Shown: positions 28,798-39,664, counted from the stretch's first letter. The stretch: 64,000 nucleotides of DNA from Alphaproteobacteria bacterium (GCA_963665325.3 OZ224045.1:1568001-1632000); one strand, 5' to 3'. Numbers and translations: made by a program. The notes: a model not told the origin generated them from the sequence alone.

Positions 28798-29685
28798 TCA
28801 ACTACTGCGTTCGATGGCAAACCGGGCTGCATCCCTCAAGGGATCGGCACGGGTTCCGAAACAATCGAGATGCGAGGCCGCCTGCTCGCTCAGCATGGCC
28901 GCCCGCGCGCGGGCCGACTCGATGCCCAGAAGCGAAACCACCGTGGCCTTGCCCTGCCCGGCGTCCTTGCGCAGGCGCTTGCCCGCCTCTTCTTCCGAGC
29001 CGTCGGCGTCGATCAGGTCGTCAGCGATCTGGAATGCGAAACCGAGGTCCTGGGCATAGGCGGTGAGGGCACGCTCGGCGTCTCGCGGCGCTCCGCCCAG
29101 AAGCGCGCCGGCCCTGCAGCAGAAGGCGATCAGCGCGCCGGTTTTCATGCGCTCCAGACGGGCGATCTCGCCATATTCGAATTCGGTGCGTTCGGCGAGC
29201 ATGTCGAGCATCTGGCCGCCGCACATGCCCTCGGCTCCGGCTGCGCGCGCCAGTCCGCCGACCAGCTTGAGGCGGACGGCCGCACTCGGGTGCGTCTCGG
29301 CGTCTGCCAGCACTTCGAAGGCAAGCGTCAGCAGCGCGTCGCCCGCCAGGATGGCGGTGGCTTCGTCCCAGGCGGCGTGGACGGTCGGCCGGCCGCGCCT
29401 GAGGTCGTCATCGTCCATCGCGGGCAGATCGTCATGGACCAGCGAATAGCAATGCACCAATTCGACCGCGGCGCCGCAGCGCAGCGAGAACCGTTCCTCG
29501 ACGCCGAACAGGTCGGCGGAGGCCACCACCAGAAACGGCCTGAGCCGTTTGCCGGGACCGAGCGCCGCGTAGCGCATGGCGTCGAACAGCCGCCCTTCCG
29601 CGCGTCCGGTCTCGGGCAGCAGCCCAGCCAGGATTCGGTCAACCTTGGCGCGGACCCGTCCGAGGCGGTCGGGGAAGCCCGTCAC
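28798..29685 (-). CDS. ispA: Farnesyl-diphosphate synthase
   Basis: [28 protein letters not shown]. Confidence 0.95.
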   Translation of the reverse strand: MTGFPDRLGRVRAKVDRILAGLLPETGRAEGRLFDAMRYAALGPGKRLRPFLVVASADLFGVEERFSLRCGAAVELVHCYSLVHDDLPAMDDDDLRRGRPTVHAAWDEATAILAGDALLTLAFEVLADAETHPSAAVRLKLVGGLARAAGAEGMCGGQMLDMLAERTEFEYGEIARLERMKTGALIAFCCRAGALLGGAPRDAERALTAYAQDLGFAFQIADDLIDADGSEEEAGKRLRKDAGQGKATVVSLLGIESARARAAMLSEQAASHLDCFGTRADPLRDAARFAIERSS

Positions 29686-29936
29686 CCGTCGGCTTCCGGA
29701 TCGAGCGGTTCGGCGGCAGGGATGCCGGCGCGGTCCAAAGCGATCTTCTCGACCTTCTCCTGCGCCAGACGCAGCTTGTCCTCGCAGTGGCGCTTGAGCG
29801 CCGCCCCGCGTTCATAGGCGGCGATAGCGTCTTCGAGCGGCGTCCGGCCCTGCTCCAGCCGCTGGACGATCTGCTCCAGTTCCGCCATGGCGTCCTCGAA
29901 GCTCATCGCCGAAATTTCAGTCGTTTCAACCGCCAC
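29682..29936 (-). CDS. xseB: Exodeoxyribonuclease VII small subunit
   Basis: SFEDAMAELEQIV..LE.G..PLEDAIAAYERG. Confidence 0.95.
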   Translation of the reverse strand: MAVETTEISAMSFEDAMAELEQIVQRLEQGRTPLEDAIAAYERGAALKRHCEDKLRLAQEKVEKIALDRAGIPAAEPLDPEADG

Positions 29937-30030
29937 CGGCCAGCCTCTGCCGTAATCTTGTAAGTCTTGCAGTCTACCATTTTTCGCGGCCCGCCTTCAA
30001 ACGCGGCAGCGGCCGGCGACCGGAAGCGGC

Positions 30031-31005
30031 TCAGACCGTGAGCACGATCTTTCCGGCGACCTTGCGAGACAGCAGGCGGCGGAGCGCGTCGCCCGCCTGC
30101 TCAAGCGGCCGAGTCTCGGCGATGCGGGGCTTGAGCGCGCCCGCCTCGTAGAGCTTGAAGAGGTCCGCGAAGCTCCGTTGCAGCCGCTCCGGCTCGCGTT
30201 CCCGGTGCGAGCTCCAGTAAACGCCGATAGCCGCCGCATTCTTGACCAGGAGCAGGTTGGCCGGGGCCTGCGGAATGCGCCCGGCCGCGAAACCGACCAC
30301 CAGCAATCTGCCGCCCCAGGCGATGGAGCGCATGGAAGCGTCAAAGACATCGCCGCCCACGGGATCGTAGATCACATCCGCGCCGCGCCCCTCCGTGAGT
30401 TCCCTGACGCGCGCCCGGATATCCTCGCTCCTGTAGTCGATGCCGTGGTCCGCGCCGTGCTCCATGGCGACCGCCAGCTTTTCCGGCCCGCCAGCCGTGG
30501 CGATGACGGTCGCGCCCATTGCCTTGCCAATCTCGACCGCGGTAAGCCCGACGCCGCCGGCCGCACCGTGCACGAGCAGCGTTTCCCCCGCCTTGAGGGC
30601 GCCGCGGTGGTCGAGGCCGATATGGCTTGTGCCGTAAGTCACCGGGAAGCCTGCAGCCGTGACGAAATCCATGCTCTCCGGCAGGCGGTAAACATGCACG
30701 GCGGGAACGCATACACGTTCGCGGTACGCGCCGTAGTCCATCACCGCCATCACGCGCTCGCCGATCTCGAAGCCTTCGACGCCGGGCCCGAGCGCATCGA
30801 CACGGCCCGCGCATTCGAAACCGGGGCTGAAGGGGAAGTCGGGGCGGGTCTGGTACTGGCCGGCCGCCACCAGCGAGTCGGCGAAATTCACACCGACGGC
30901 CGCGGCGCGCACCCGGACCTCGCCGGGGCCGGGCTCGTCCGGTTCGATGTCCTCGACGGTAAACGCGTCGATTCCGTCGAAGGACCGGCAGAGAACCGCG
31001 CGCAT
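30031..31005 (-). CDS. NADPH:quinone oxidoreductase family protein
   Basis: GVNFAD, FSPGFE, HGAAGGVG, GKIVL. Confidence 0.9.
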   Translation of the reverse strand: MRAVLCRSFDGIDAFTVEDIEPDEPGPGEVRVRAAAVGVNFADSLVAAGQYQTRPDFPFSPGFECAGRVDALGPGVEGFEIGERVMAVMDYGAYRERVCVPAVHVYRLPESMDFVTAAGFPVTYGTSHIGLDHRGALKAGETLLVHGAAGGVGLTAVEIGKAMGATVIATAGGPEKLAVAMEHGADHGIDYRSEDIRARVRELTEGRGADVIYDPVGGDVFDASMRSIAWGGRLLVVGFAAGRIPQAPANLLLVKNAAAIGVYWSSHREREPERLQRSFADLFKLYEAGALKPRIAETRPLEQAGDALRRLLSRKVAGKIVLTV

Positions 31006-31703
31006 CAGCGCAGCACCCGGTTGAACATCGCTTCGGAGCGCCCGTTGGCGAGTTCCTTCATGGCCGTCACTTCCGTCGAGGCGCGTTCGCGCGCGAAGGC
31101 GTGGTCCGTGTCGGGGTAGGTGTAGATTTCGGCAGCCGCGTGGCCCGCCAGCGCCGCTGCGGTCGCATCGCGGACCGGGGCCGGGGTCCAGGCGTCCGCC
31201 TCGCCGATATGGAGCATGACGGGGCGCGTTATCTGCGCCGCCTCGCCCAGATAGTCCTCGATGCCGACGCCGTAATAGGAAATGTCGCAGTCCGCTTCGC
31301 CGCGCGCGGCATGCAGGAAGGCGAGCAGCCCGCCCAGGCAATAGCCCTGCGTTGCGACCTTGCCGCTGCATTCGGGCATGTCCCGGAGCCGCGCGACCGC
31401 TGCCGCCGTATCCGAGACGGCGAGATCGACATCGAATTGGGAGCGCGTCGCGAGCGCCCGCTCCCGGTGGCCGGGAGTCTCCGGATCGAGTTCGAAATCC
31501 GGATCGATCCGCCAGTAGAGCTTCGGGCAGACTGCGAGGAAGCCCCTGCCGGCCCAGTAGTCGGCGATGGCGCGCATGAAGCGGTTGACGCCGAATACCT
31601 CGTTCAGCAGCAGCAGGCCGGGCGCGGGCCCGCCGGCGTCGGGTAACGCCGCATAGGCGCCGAAGGTTTCGCCGGCGGGGGTCGTGATCGTAAGCTCGGG
31701 CAT
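31005..31703 (-). CDS. Dienelactone hydrolase family protein
   Basis: EVFGVN, GYCLGG, HAF. Confidence 0.9.
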   Translation of the reverse strand: MPELTITTPAGETFGAYAALPDAGGPAPGLLLLNEVFGVNRFMRAIADYWAGRGFLAVCPKLYWRIDPDFELDPETPGHRERALATRSQFDVDLAVSDTAAAVARLRDMPECSGKVATQGYCLGGLLAFLHAARGEADCDISYYGVGIEDYLGEAAQITRPVMLHIGEADAWTPAPVRDATAAALAGHAAAEIYTYPDTDHAFARERASTEVTAMKELANGRSEAMFNRVLR

Positions 31704-31824
31704 GGGATGAGGCGTCTCGTTTCGGGGAGTATTGCCCATTGTAGCAGGCAGTTCCGGCAAGGCGGACATCCGGAGCGATATGCGTGACAATGGGCGCACC
31801 GGTGAAACAGGGGGAGCCGAACGC

Positions 31825-32658
31825 ATGGCCGAGCTGGAAGGAAAGACCGCCGTCATTACGGGGGGCGCGAGCGGCATCGGCGAGGCGACGGCGCGGCTGT
31901 TCGTCGCCGAGGGCGCCCGCGTCGTGATCGCCGACATGCAGCGCGAGCGTGGAGAGGCGCTGGCCGACGAGCTCGGAGAGGCGGCCTTGTTCGCTCCCTG
32001 CGAGGTCCGCGACGAGGCGGAGGTGAAGGCAGCGGTCGATCTGGCGCTCGACAGCTGGGGGCGGCTCGACTGCATGTTCAACAATGCCGGCTTCGGCGGC
32101 GCGCTCGGGCCGCTCGAAGCGATCCCGGCGGAGGAGTTCGACCTTTCCTTCGATGTGCTGGTGCGCGGCGTGTTCCTCGGCATGAAGCACGCCATCCCGG
32201 CGATGAAGGCGCAGGGCTCGGGCAGCATCGTCAACACCGGCAGCATCGCCGGCCTCACCGCCGGGCGGGGGCCGCAGGTCTATTCGGCGGCCAAGGCGGC
32301 CGTCGTGCACCTTTCCAAGGTCTCCGCGATGGAGCTCGGCGAATCCTCGATCCGGGTGAATTGCGTCTGCCCCGGCTATATCGCGACGCCGCTTTCGGCC
32401 AACACCGTGGGCAAGCCGGACAGCCTGATCGAGGAACGGATCGACGACTACGCCCTCCAGCAGCCGATTCCCCGCGTCGGGCGGCCCCACGACATCGCCG
32501 AGACCGTCCTGTTTCTGGCCAGCGACCGGTCGAGCTTCGTCACCGGCCAGGCGATCACCGTGGACGGCGGTGCGGCCACAGGCGTGCTCTGGCGCGACCA
32601 GAAACCCTTCTACAGGCAATATCGCCCCATCCGCGTCTACCACCCCGACCGGCGCTAG
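31825..32658 (+). CDS. SDR-family oxidoreductase
   Basis: TGGASGIG, NNAG, YSAAK. Confidence 0.93.
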   Translation: MAELEGKTAVITGGASGIGEATARLFVAEGARVVIADMQRERGEALADELGEAALFAPCEVRDEAEVKAAVDLALDSWGRLDCMFNNAGFGGALGPLEAIPAEEFDLSFDVLVRGVFLGMKHAIPAMKAQGSGSIVNTGSIAGLTAGRGPQVYSAAKAAVVHLSKVSAMELGESSIRVNCVCPGYIATPLSANTVGKPDSLIEERIDDYALQQPIPRVGRPHDIAETVLFLASDRSSFVTGQAITVDGGAATGVLWRDQKPFYRQYRPIRVYHPDRR

Positions 32659-32663
32659 CGCTG

Positions 32664-33605
32664 TTGGCGCTGTTCGACACTCACATCGTCGTGGACTGGT
32701 CGGCGCGCTCGAAGCCGAGTCCCGTTCGGCCGAGCCGGGATTCGATCTGGTGGGCGGCGGTGCGAGCCGGGAGGGCGCTCGAACCCGAATATGCGCGTAC
32801 GCGCCGCGATGCCGTCGAGCGCCTTACCGCCTTCATCGCCGGGGAACTGGATGCCGGGCGCTGCATTCTCGCGGGCTTCGACTTCCCGTTCGGCTATCCG
32901 GCGGGGGTTGCAGAGCGCCTGACGGGCCGCACGTCAGCCTTTGCAGTCTGGGACTGGCTTGCGGCGCGGATCGAGGACGAGCCGGACAATGCCAACAACC
33001 GCTATGAAGTCGCCCAAACAATCAATGGCTTGTGGAAAGGTGTCGGCCCGTTCTGGGGGCGGCCCCGGCAGTGGTCGCAGTTCGCCGCCATACCGACGAC
33101 CGAAAAGGAACGCACCTGTCGGCCGCGAGAGCGCCGCATCGCCGACCTTCGCGCAATCGGCGCCAAGACCGTGTGGCAACTGGCCTATTCCGGCTCGGTC
33201 GGCTCGCAGGTGCTTGTGGGATTGCCGGCGCTGAAGCGGCTGCTGGGGGATCCGAGCATCGGCGGTCGCGGCGCGGTCTGGCCCTTCGATACCGGTTTGC
33301 GGGCGCCGGACACCCACAAGGCGCCGCTGGTCCTCGCGGAAATCTATCCGTCGCTTCTCAGGAAAGAAGTTGGCGCGAGACAATGGGACGGCGAGGTCCT
33401 CGACCGCGCCCAGGTCCGCGTCAACGCAGCGGCATTTGCGCGACTGGACAGACGTGGCGAGCTTGCCCCACTGTTCGATGGCGCACCCTGTCTTGGGCCG
33501 AATGAACGCCGCCTGATCGAAGAAGAAGAGGCTTGGATACTCGGCCTCGGCCACGAGGACGAAATTCGCGACGCTGCGAGAACGGATTGCCATGAAGACG
33601 CATAA
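32664..33605 (+). CDS. Conserved hypothetical protein, probable RNase H-like fold (DUF429-related)
   Basis: VVDWSA, GFDFPFGYP, VWPFDTG, AEIYPS, EEAWILG; start approximate. Confidence 0.6.
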   Translation: MALFDTHIVVDWSARSKPSPVRPSRDSIWWAAVRAGRALEPEYARTRRDAVERLTAFIAGELDAGRCILAGFDFPFGYPAGVAERLTGRTSAFAVWDWLAARIEDEPDNANNRYEVAQTINGLWKGVGPFWGRPRQWSQFAAIPTTEKERTCRPRERRIADLRAIGAKTVWQLAYSGSVGSQVLVGLPALKRLLGDPSIGGRGAVWPFDTGLRAPDTHKAPLVLAEIYPSLLRKEVGARQWDGEVLDRAQVRVNAAAFARLDRRGELAPLFDGAPCLGPNERRLIEEEEAWILGLGHEDEIRDAARTDCHEDA

Positions 33606-35670
33606 CCCCGCCTGCCGCATCGGCGTGGATGTCGGCGGAACCTTCACCGATGTCGTCATCGACCATGCCGGCGGGCGGACTTCGGCCAAGGTGCCGACGA
33701 CCTCCGACGCACCGGAGGCCGGCGTGATGGATGGCATTGCGGTGGCGCTCGACCGCGCCGGCGTTGCGCCGGAACGGGTCGATCTCGTCATCCACGGCAC
33801 GACGCTCGCCACCAATGCGCTGATCGAGCGCAAGGGAGCGAGGACGGCGCTGCTGACCACCGAGGGGTTCCGCGACTCCATCGAGATGGCCTATGAGCAC
33901 CGCTTCGAGCAATACGACCTGTATATGGAGCGCCCGGAACCGCTGGTGCCGCGCGAGCTCCGCCTGGGCGTGCCGGAGCGGCTGGCGGCCGACGGTTCCC
34001 TGCTCATGGCCCTCGACGAGGCGGCGGTCGCGGACCATGCCGCGTTCTTCCGCGAGGAGGGGGTCGAGGCGGTCGCGATCGGTTTCCTGCACTCCTACGT
34101 GGACGATGCCCATGAGCGCCGCGCGGCCGCGATCCTGAGGCGGGAACTGCCGGACGCCACAATCTGCCTCTCCTCGGAGGTCTCGCCCGAAATCCGCGAA
34201 TATGACCGTCTCTCCACCACGGTCGCCAACGCCTATGTGCGCCCACTGATCGCCGGCTATGTCGGCCGGCTGGAGGCCGCGCTCAGGGAACGCGGACTCG
34301 GCTGCCCGCTGCTTCTGACCATGTCGAGCGGAGCGGTGACGACGGTCGAAACGGCGCAGCGCTTTCCCATCCGGCTCGTAGAGTCGGGCCCCGCGGGCGG
34401 GGCCGTGCTCGCCCGCAATGTCGCGGCCGAGCACGGCCTCGACACGGCGCTCTCCTTCGACATGGGCGGCACCACAGCGAAGATCTGCCTGATCGACGAC
34501 TACCGCCCGCAATTGTCGCGCAATTTCGAGGTGGCGCGGCAATACCGGTTCCTCAAGGGCAGTGGCTTGCCCCTGCGTATTCCGGCCATCGAGATGGTCG
34601 AGATCGGTGCTGGCGGCGGCTCGATTGCGCGCGTCGATGCGTTGCGCCGGATTGTCGTCGGGCCGGACAGCGCGGGCGCCGACCCGGGCCCGGCCTGCTA
34701 CGGGTGGGGAGGCGATGCGCCGACCGTGACCGACGCCGACCTGATGCTCGGGCGCATCGACCCTGCCCGGTTCGCGGGCGGCACGATGGCGCTGGACGCC
34801 GGTGCTGCGCGCCAATCGGTCGAGCGCGATGTCGGAGGGCCGCTGGGCATGACGGGCGAGGTCGCGGCGGCCGGGGTCAGCGAAATCGTCGATGAGACCA
34901 TGGCCAATGCCGCGCGCGTCCATGCGATCGAAAGCGGCAAGCCGCTTGCCGGGCGCGCGCTCATCGCGTTCGGCGGCGCGGCTCCGCTCCATGCCGCGCG
35001 CCTGGCGACCAAGCTGGGGATCGACACGGTTGTCGTGCCGCCGGGAGCCGGGGTGGGTTCGGCTATCGGCTTCCTGTCGGCGCCCATCGCCTATGAAGTG
35101 GTGCGTTCGCGCTTCGTCGCCCTCGACAATTTCGCTTCGGTGGCGGTCGATGCGCTGTTCGACGACATGCGGGAGGAGGCGGAGGCCGTGGTGCGGCTGG
35201 GCGCGCCGGATGCGGTGCTGGAGGAAACCCGGACCGGATACATGCGCTACCGGGGGCAGGGACACGAGATAGCGGTGGAGCTGTCGGCGCGCGCCGATGC
35301 GGAAGAATACCGCGAGCGCTTCGATGAAGCCTATCGGCGCCTCTACGGCCGCACGATCCCGGCGCTGGAGGTGGAAGTAATGTCCTGGAGCCTGGCGCTC
35401 GGCGCCGCCGACCGGCTGCCGCCGCGCCTGTCGCTGGCGCCGCCGAGGGCGGCCGGCACGCCTGCCGGCAGGCGGACGCTCTACGACACGGAGTCGGGCG
35501 GGCCGATGGAGGCGGCGGTGCATACCCGCGCGGACCTCGCGCCCGGCGTCCGGCTTGCCGGCCCGGCGGTCGTGGTAGAGGATGAGACCGCTACGGTTGC
35601 GCCCGAGGGCTTCGACCTCACCGTCGCAGCCTCCGGCGCGCTGGTGCTGACGCGGAGGACGGCTGCGTGA
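33592..35670 (+). CDS. Hydantoinase/oxoprolinase subunit A
   Basis: DVGGTFTD, HGTTLATNALIER, ESGPAGG, DMGGTT, GPDSAGADPGPACY. Confidence 0.93.
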   Translation: MKTHNPACRIGVDVGGTFTDVVIDHAGGRTSAKVPTTSDAPEAGVMDGIAVALDRAGVAPERVDLVIHGTTLATNALIERKGARTALLTTEGFRDSIEMAYEHRFEQYDLYMERPEPLVPRELRLGVPERLAADGSLLMALDEAAVADHAAFFREEGVEAVAIGFLHSYVDDAHERRAAAILRRELPDATICLSSEVSPEIREYDRLSTTVANAYVRPLIAGYVGRLEAALRERGLGCPLLLTMSSGAVTTVETAQRFPIRLVESGPAGGAVLARNVAAEHGLDTALSFDMGGTTAKICLIDDYRPQLSRNFEVARQYRFLKGSGLPLRIPAIEMVEIGAGGGSIARVDALRRIVVGPDSAGADPGPACYGWGGDAPTVTDADLMLGRIDPARFAGGTMALDAGAARQSVERDVGGPLGMTGEVAAAGVSEIVDETMANAARVHAIESGKPLAGRALIAFGGAAPLHAARLATKLGIDTVVVPPGAGVGSAIGFLSAPIAYEVVRSRFVALDNFASVAVDALFDDMREEAEAVVRLGAPDAVLEETRTGYMRYRGQGHEIAVELSARADAEEYRERFDEAYRRLYGRTIPALEVEVMSWSLALGAADRLPPRLSLAPPRAAGTPAGRRTLYDTESGGPMEAAVHTRADLAPGVRLAGPAVVVEDETATVAPEGFDLTVAASGALVLTRRTAA

Positions 35671-35738
35671 ACCCCGATGGAGAGCGCGGCCGGAAACCGA
35701 AAGGCGTTGAAGACACGAACGGGAAGAGGGGAGCCGGC

Positions 35739-37427
35739 ATGACCGAAGCCTTCGATGCGGTGCGCCATCAGGTGATGTGGAACCGGCTGCTCTCCGTGGT
35801 CGAGGAGCAGGCGCAGACGCTTGTGCGCACGGCGTTCTCGACCTCGGCGCGCGAGGCCGGAGACATTTCGGCGGGCGTCTTCGACCTCACCGGGCGGATG
35901 CTCGCCCAGGCGGTCACCGGCACGCCCGGCCATGTCAACTCGATGGCGCTCTCGGTCGGCCATTTCGTCGAGAAATTCCCGCCCGAGACCATGCGCGAGG
36001 GGGACGTCTTCATCACCAACGATCCCTGGAAGGGCACCGGCCACCTGAACGACTTCACCGTCGTCTCGCCGACCTTCCGCGACGGGCGCATCGTGGCGCT
36101 GTTCGCGTCCACCAGCCATGTCGTCGATGTCGGCGGCCTCGGCCAGGGACCGGACGCCCGGCAGGTCTATCAGGAAGGCCTGTTCGTGCCGCTCATGCCG
36201 TTCGCCGAAGAGGGGCGGGTAAACGAGTGGTTCCTGGAGATGGTGCGGGCCAATGTGCGCGAGCCGCGCATGGTGATCGGCGACCTTTACGCGCTCGCGG
36301 CCTGCAACGACACCGGCAGCGAGCGGCTGCTCGCGATGATGGACGAATACGGCCTGGAGGACCTCGCGACGCTTGCCGGTTTCATCATCGGCAGCAGCCG
36401 CAGGGCCATGGCCGATGCGATAGGCGCCCTGCCGCAGGGAAGCTGGAGCCACGCCATGACCATCGACGGCTTCGACCGGGAGGTCGAGCTGGTGGCGCGG
36501 CTGACCGTCGCCGACGGGGCGATCGACGTCGATTTCGACGGAACCTCCGGGCTTTCCGACTTCGGCATCAACTGCCCGCTCTGCTACACCATCGCCTATA
36601 CGAGCTTCGGCGTGAAATGCATCGTTGCGCCGGAAATCCCGAACAATGCAGGCGCTCTCGACGCCATCCGCGTGACAGCGCCCGAGGGCAGCATCCTCAA
36701 TCCGCCGCATCCCTGCGCCGTCTATGCGCGTTCCAATATCGGCCACATGCTGCCGGATGTGGCGTTCGGCTGCTTGTACCAGGCGATCCCGGACCAGGTG
36801 CCGGCGGAAGGCTGCTCGGCGCTATGGACGCTGCGGCTGGGCGCCGGCCAGGGGATCACGGCCCGCGCCGGCTCGCAGTCCACCCCGTTCCAGATCATGA
36901 GTTTCCATTCCGGCGGCGCCGGCGCCCGGCCCGGCCTAGACGGGCTCTCGGCGACGCCCTTCCCCTCCGGCGTGCGCAATGTACCCGTCGAGGCGACCGA
37001 GGCGATCACGCCGCTCGTCTTCTGGAAGAAGGAACTGCGCCCCGACAGCGGCGGCGCGGGGCGGACGCGCGGCGGCCTCGGTCAGACCATCGAGGTCGAG
37101 AACCGCGAAGGCGCGCCGTTCGGCATCTACGCCACGTTCGAGCGCACCGTGCATGCGGCGCGCGGGCGGGGCGGCGGCGGTCCGGGCGCGCTCGGACGGC
37201 TCAGCCTGGGTTCCGGAAAGAAGCTGCGCAACAAGGGCTTCCAGGTCGTGCCAGAGGGCGAGAGGCTGGTGGTGGAGATGCCGGGCGGCGGCGGGCTCGG
37301 AGACCCGGCGGCGCGGGACCCGGCGGCTGTCGAGAAGGACGTGCGGCGGGGGCTGGTCAGCCCGGAAGCGGCCGGGCGCGACTACGGCTTCGATCCGGAT
37401 TCCAGCCGCACCTCACCCAGCCGCTGA
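35739..37427 (+). CDS. Hydantoinase B/oxoprolinase subunit
   Basis: NDPWKGTGHLND, HVVDVGG, DSGGAG..RGG, MPGGGG. Confidence 0.93.
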   Translation: MTEAFDAVRHQVMWNRLLSVVEEQAQTLVRTAFSTSAREAGDISAGVFDLTGRMLAQAVTGTPGHVNSMALSVGHFVEKFPPETMREGDVFITNDPWKGTGHLNDFTVVSPTFRDGRIVALFASTSHVVDVGGLGQGPDARQVYQEGLFVPLMPFAEEGRVNEWFLEMVRANVREPRMVIGDLYALAACNDTGSERLLAMMDEYGLEDLATLAGFIIGSSRRAMADAIGALPQGSWSHAMTIDGFDREVELVARLTVADGAIDVDFDGTSGLSDFGINCPLCYTIAYTSFGVKCIVAPEIPNNAGALDAIRVTAPEGSILNPPHPCAVYARSNIGHMLPDVAFGCLYQAIPDQVPAEGCSALWTLRLGAGQGITARAGSQSTPFQIMSFHSGGAGARPGLDGLSATPFPSGVRNVPVEATEAITPLVFWKKELRPDSGGAGRTRGGLGQTIEVENREGAPFGIYATFERTVHAARGRGGGGPGALGRLSLGSGKKLRNKGFQVVPEGERLVVEMPGGGGLGDPAARDPAAVEKDVRRGLVSPEAAGRDYGFDPDSSRTSPSR

Positions 37428-37663
37428 CCGGAGCGCCGGTCGAAGGTCCAGAACAGCACGGCCCCGTCCTGCTCCAGCCGGATGATGAGGTCGTCGCCGG
37501 CCACTCGCCAGTCCTTGAGCACGGCTCCCTCGGGCAACTGCCAACGCACCTCGCCGACGCCGGCAGGGGGCGCCAGCGACCGGTTGACGACGGTGACCAG
37601 CACCACCGCGACCCCGATGACGATCGCCACGCCCATGCCGATGACCAGGGCTTTCAGACCCAT
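37382..37663 (-). CDS. Small membrane-anchored hypothetical protein
   Basis: MGLKALVIGMGVAIVIGVAVVLVTV..., divergent from rluD. Confidence 0.65.
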   Translation of the reverse strand: MGLKALVIGMGVAIVIGVAVVLVTVVNRSLAPPAGVGEVRWQLPEGAVLKDWRVAGDDLIIRLEQDGAVLFWTFDRRSGQRLGEVRLESGSKP

Positions 37664-37747
37664 TCGCTGCTTCCCGCCGCTCGCCCGCGCCGCGGATTTG
37701 CCATAGTTGTGCGTGAGAGTCATCGGTATGGAGACGGTTTCGTGACA

Positions 37748-38668
37748 GTGGGCGAGGAAAACACGGTCTTCGAAGCCGTCGCGCCGTCCGAAGCCGACGG
37801 CGAGCGGCTCGACCGCGTTCTGGCGCAGGCCATCCCGGCACTCTCGCGCTCCCGCATCCAGGCATTGATCGCCGAGGGGTGCGTGACGCCCGCGGCACGC
37901 AAGGCGGTCGGCGGCCAGCTTTACCGGGTGAGAGTGCCGCCCGCGCGCCCGGCGAAACCCGAGCCTGAAGCGATCCCGCTGGCGGTGGCGCATGAGGACG
38001 CGCATCTGATCGTCGTGGACAAGCCGGCGGGCATGGTGGTGCATCCCGCCCCCGGCCATGCCGGCGGCACGCTGGTGAATGCGCTGCTCGCCCGTTGCGG
38101 TCCAAGTTTGACGGGGGTCGGCGGCGTCGCCCGGCCGGGCATCGTCCACCGGCTCGACAAGGACACCTCCGGCCTGATCGTGGCCGCAAAGACGGAAGCG
38201 GCCCATGCAGGGCTCCGCGCCCTGTTCGAGACGCATGACATCGACCGCGGCTACCTGGCGCTGGTGCAGGGCCTGCCGTCGCCGGTGACAGGGCGGATCG
38301 AGGCGCCCATCGGCCGCGACCCGCGTCACCGCAAGCGCATGGCGGTCGTCGAGCGCGGGCGCGCGGCGGTCACGCATTACCGGGTGGAGGCCGCTTTCGG
38401 CACGTGCGCGTCCAGCGTCGCCTGTCGGCTGGAGACCGGGCGGACGCATCAGGTCCGGGTCCATCTGGCCCATATCGGCCACGGCGTGATCGGGGACCCG
38501 CTCTATGGCGGGCGGCGGCGCGGCATGCCGGCCTTTCCGCGCCAGGCGCTCCACGCGGCGCGGCTCGGTTTCCGCCACCCCGCAACCGGCGACAACATGC
38601 AGTTCGAGAGCCCCCCTCCGGCAGACTTCCATGAACTCGCGGTAATGTTGGAAGGCTTGAATTTCTAG
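37748..38668 (+). CDS. rluD: RluA/RluD-family pseudouridine synthase
   Basis: DKPAGMVVHP, HRLDKDTSG, TGRTHQVR. Confidence 0.92.
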   Translation: MGEENTVFEAVAPSEADGERLDRVLAQAIPALSRSRIQALIAEGCVTPAARKAVGGQLYRVRVPPARPAKPEPEAIPLAVAHEDAHLIVVDKPAGMVVHPAPGHAGGTLVNALLARCGPSLTGVGGVARPGIVHRLDKDTSGLIVAAKTEAAHAGLRALFETHDIDRGYLALVQGLPSPVTGRIEAPIGRDPRHRKRMAVVERGRAAVTHYRVEAAFGTCASSVACRLETGRTHQVRVHLAHIGHGVIGDPLYGGRRRGMPAFPRQALHAARLGFRHPATGDNMQFESPPPADFHELAVMLEGLNF

Positions 38669-38683
38669 CCGTTATCTCTATGT
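38656..38683 (+). promoter_or_regulatory. Putative sigma32-type promoter of rpoH
   Basis: CTTGAA-N16-CTATGT, 27 nt upstream of the rpoH ATG. Confidence 0.55.
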
Positions 38684-38710
38684 TTTAAGGGAGAAGAGAG
38701 GGACTGAATC

Positions 38711-39649
38711 ATGGCCGAAAATATCGTTGCCGGCCGCAATATCCCGGCGCTTGGCGGGGAGAGCAACCTTTCCCGCTACCTGCATGAAATCCGCCAGTTC
38801 CCGATGCTGGAGCAGCAAGAGGAATACATGCTGGCGAAGCGCTGGGTCGAGCACCAGGATGTGGACGCGGCGCACCGGCTGGTGACCAGCCATCTGCGCC
38901 TGGTCGCCCGCATCGCCATGGGCTATCGCGGCTACGGGCTGCCGGTGAACGAGCTGATCTCCGAAGGCAATGTCGGCATGATGCAGGCGGTCAAGCGCTT
39001 CGATCCCGAAAAGGGCTTCCGTCTCGCGACCTACGCGATGTGGTGGATCCGGGCCTCAATCCAGGAATACATCCTGCATTCCTGGTCGCTGGTGAAGATC
39101 GGCACCACGGCGGCGCAGAAGAAGCTGTTCTTCAATCTCCGCCGCCTGAAGCATCGCCTGCAGGCCATCGACGACGGCGACCTGTCGCCTGAGCATGTCA
39201 CGAAGATCGCCGACGAGCTCAGGGTTTCCGAGGACGAGGTCGTGCAGATGAACCGCCGCCTCGCCGCGCCGGACCGCTCCCTGAACGCACCGATGCGCGT
39301 CGAGGGCGAAGGCGAATGGCAGGACTGGCTGGCCGACGAAGGCGAGAGCCAGGAGACACTCTACGGCGAACGCGAGGAGCTGGAGCGCCGCCGCCGGATG
39401 CTCACCGGCGCAATGGATGTGCTCAACGAGCGCGAGCGGCGCATCTTGCAAGAACGCCGCCTGCGTGAGGACCCGGCGACGCTCGAGGAGCTCAGTCAGG
39501 AGTTCGGCGTGAGCCGCGAGCGCATCCGACAGATCGAGGTGCGCGCCTTCGAGAAATTGCAGCGCGCCGTCCGCGATGCGGTCGTTCAGGACCGGCTGCA
39601 CGCCGACCGGGCGATAGACGCAGGTGTGGACGACGCCGCAAGGGTGTAG
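38711..39649 (+). CDS. rpoH: RNA polymerase sigma-32 factor
   Basis: RpoH box QKKLFFNLR; RLATYAMWWI. Confidence 0.96.
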   Translation: MAENIVAGRNIPALGGESNLSRYLHEIRQFPMLEQQEEYMLAKRWVEHQDVDAAHRLVTSHLRLVARIAMGYRGYGLPVNELISEGNVGMMQAVKRFDPEKGFRLATYAMWWIRASIQEYILHSWSLVKIGTTAAQKKLFFNLRRLKHRLQAIDDGDLSPEHVTKIADELRVSEDEVVQMNRRLAAPDRSLNAPMRVEGEGEWQDWLADEGESQETLYGEREELERRRRMLTGAMDVLNERERRILQERRLREDPATLEELSQEFGVSRERIRQIEVRAFEKLQRAVRDAVVQDRLHADRAIDAGVDDAARV

Positions 39650-39664
39650 GCACCGTCGTCCGCG

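Noticed and set aside
30031-32643. Apparent 870-aa fusion; likewise 35777-38668 and 60363-62375
   Set aside because: Only the C-terminal parts are real genes; the upstream extensions overlap other genes in a different frame or strand.
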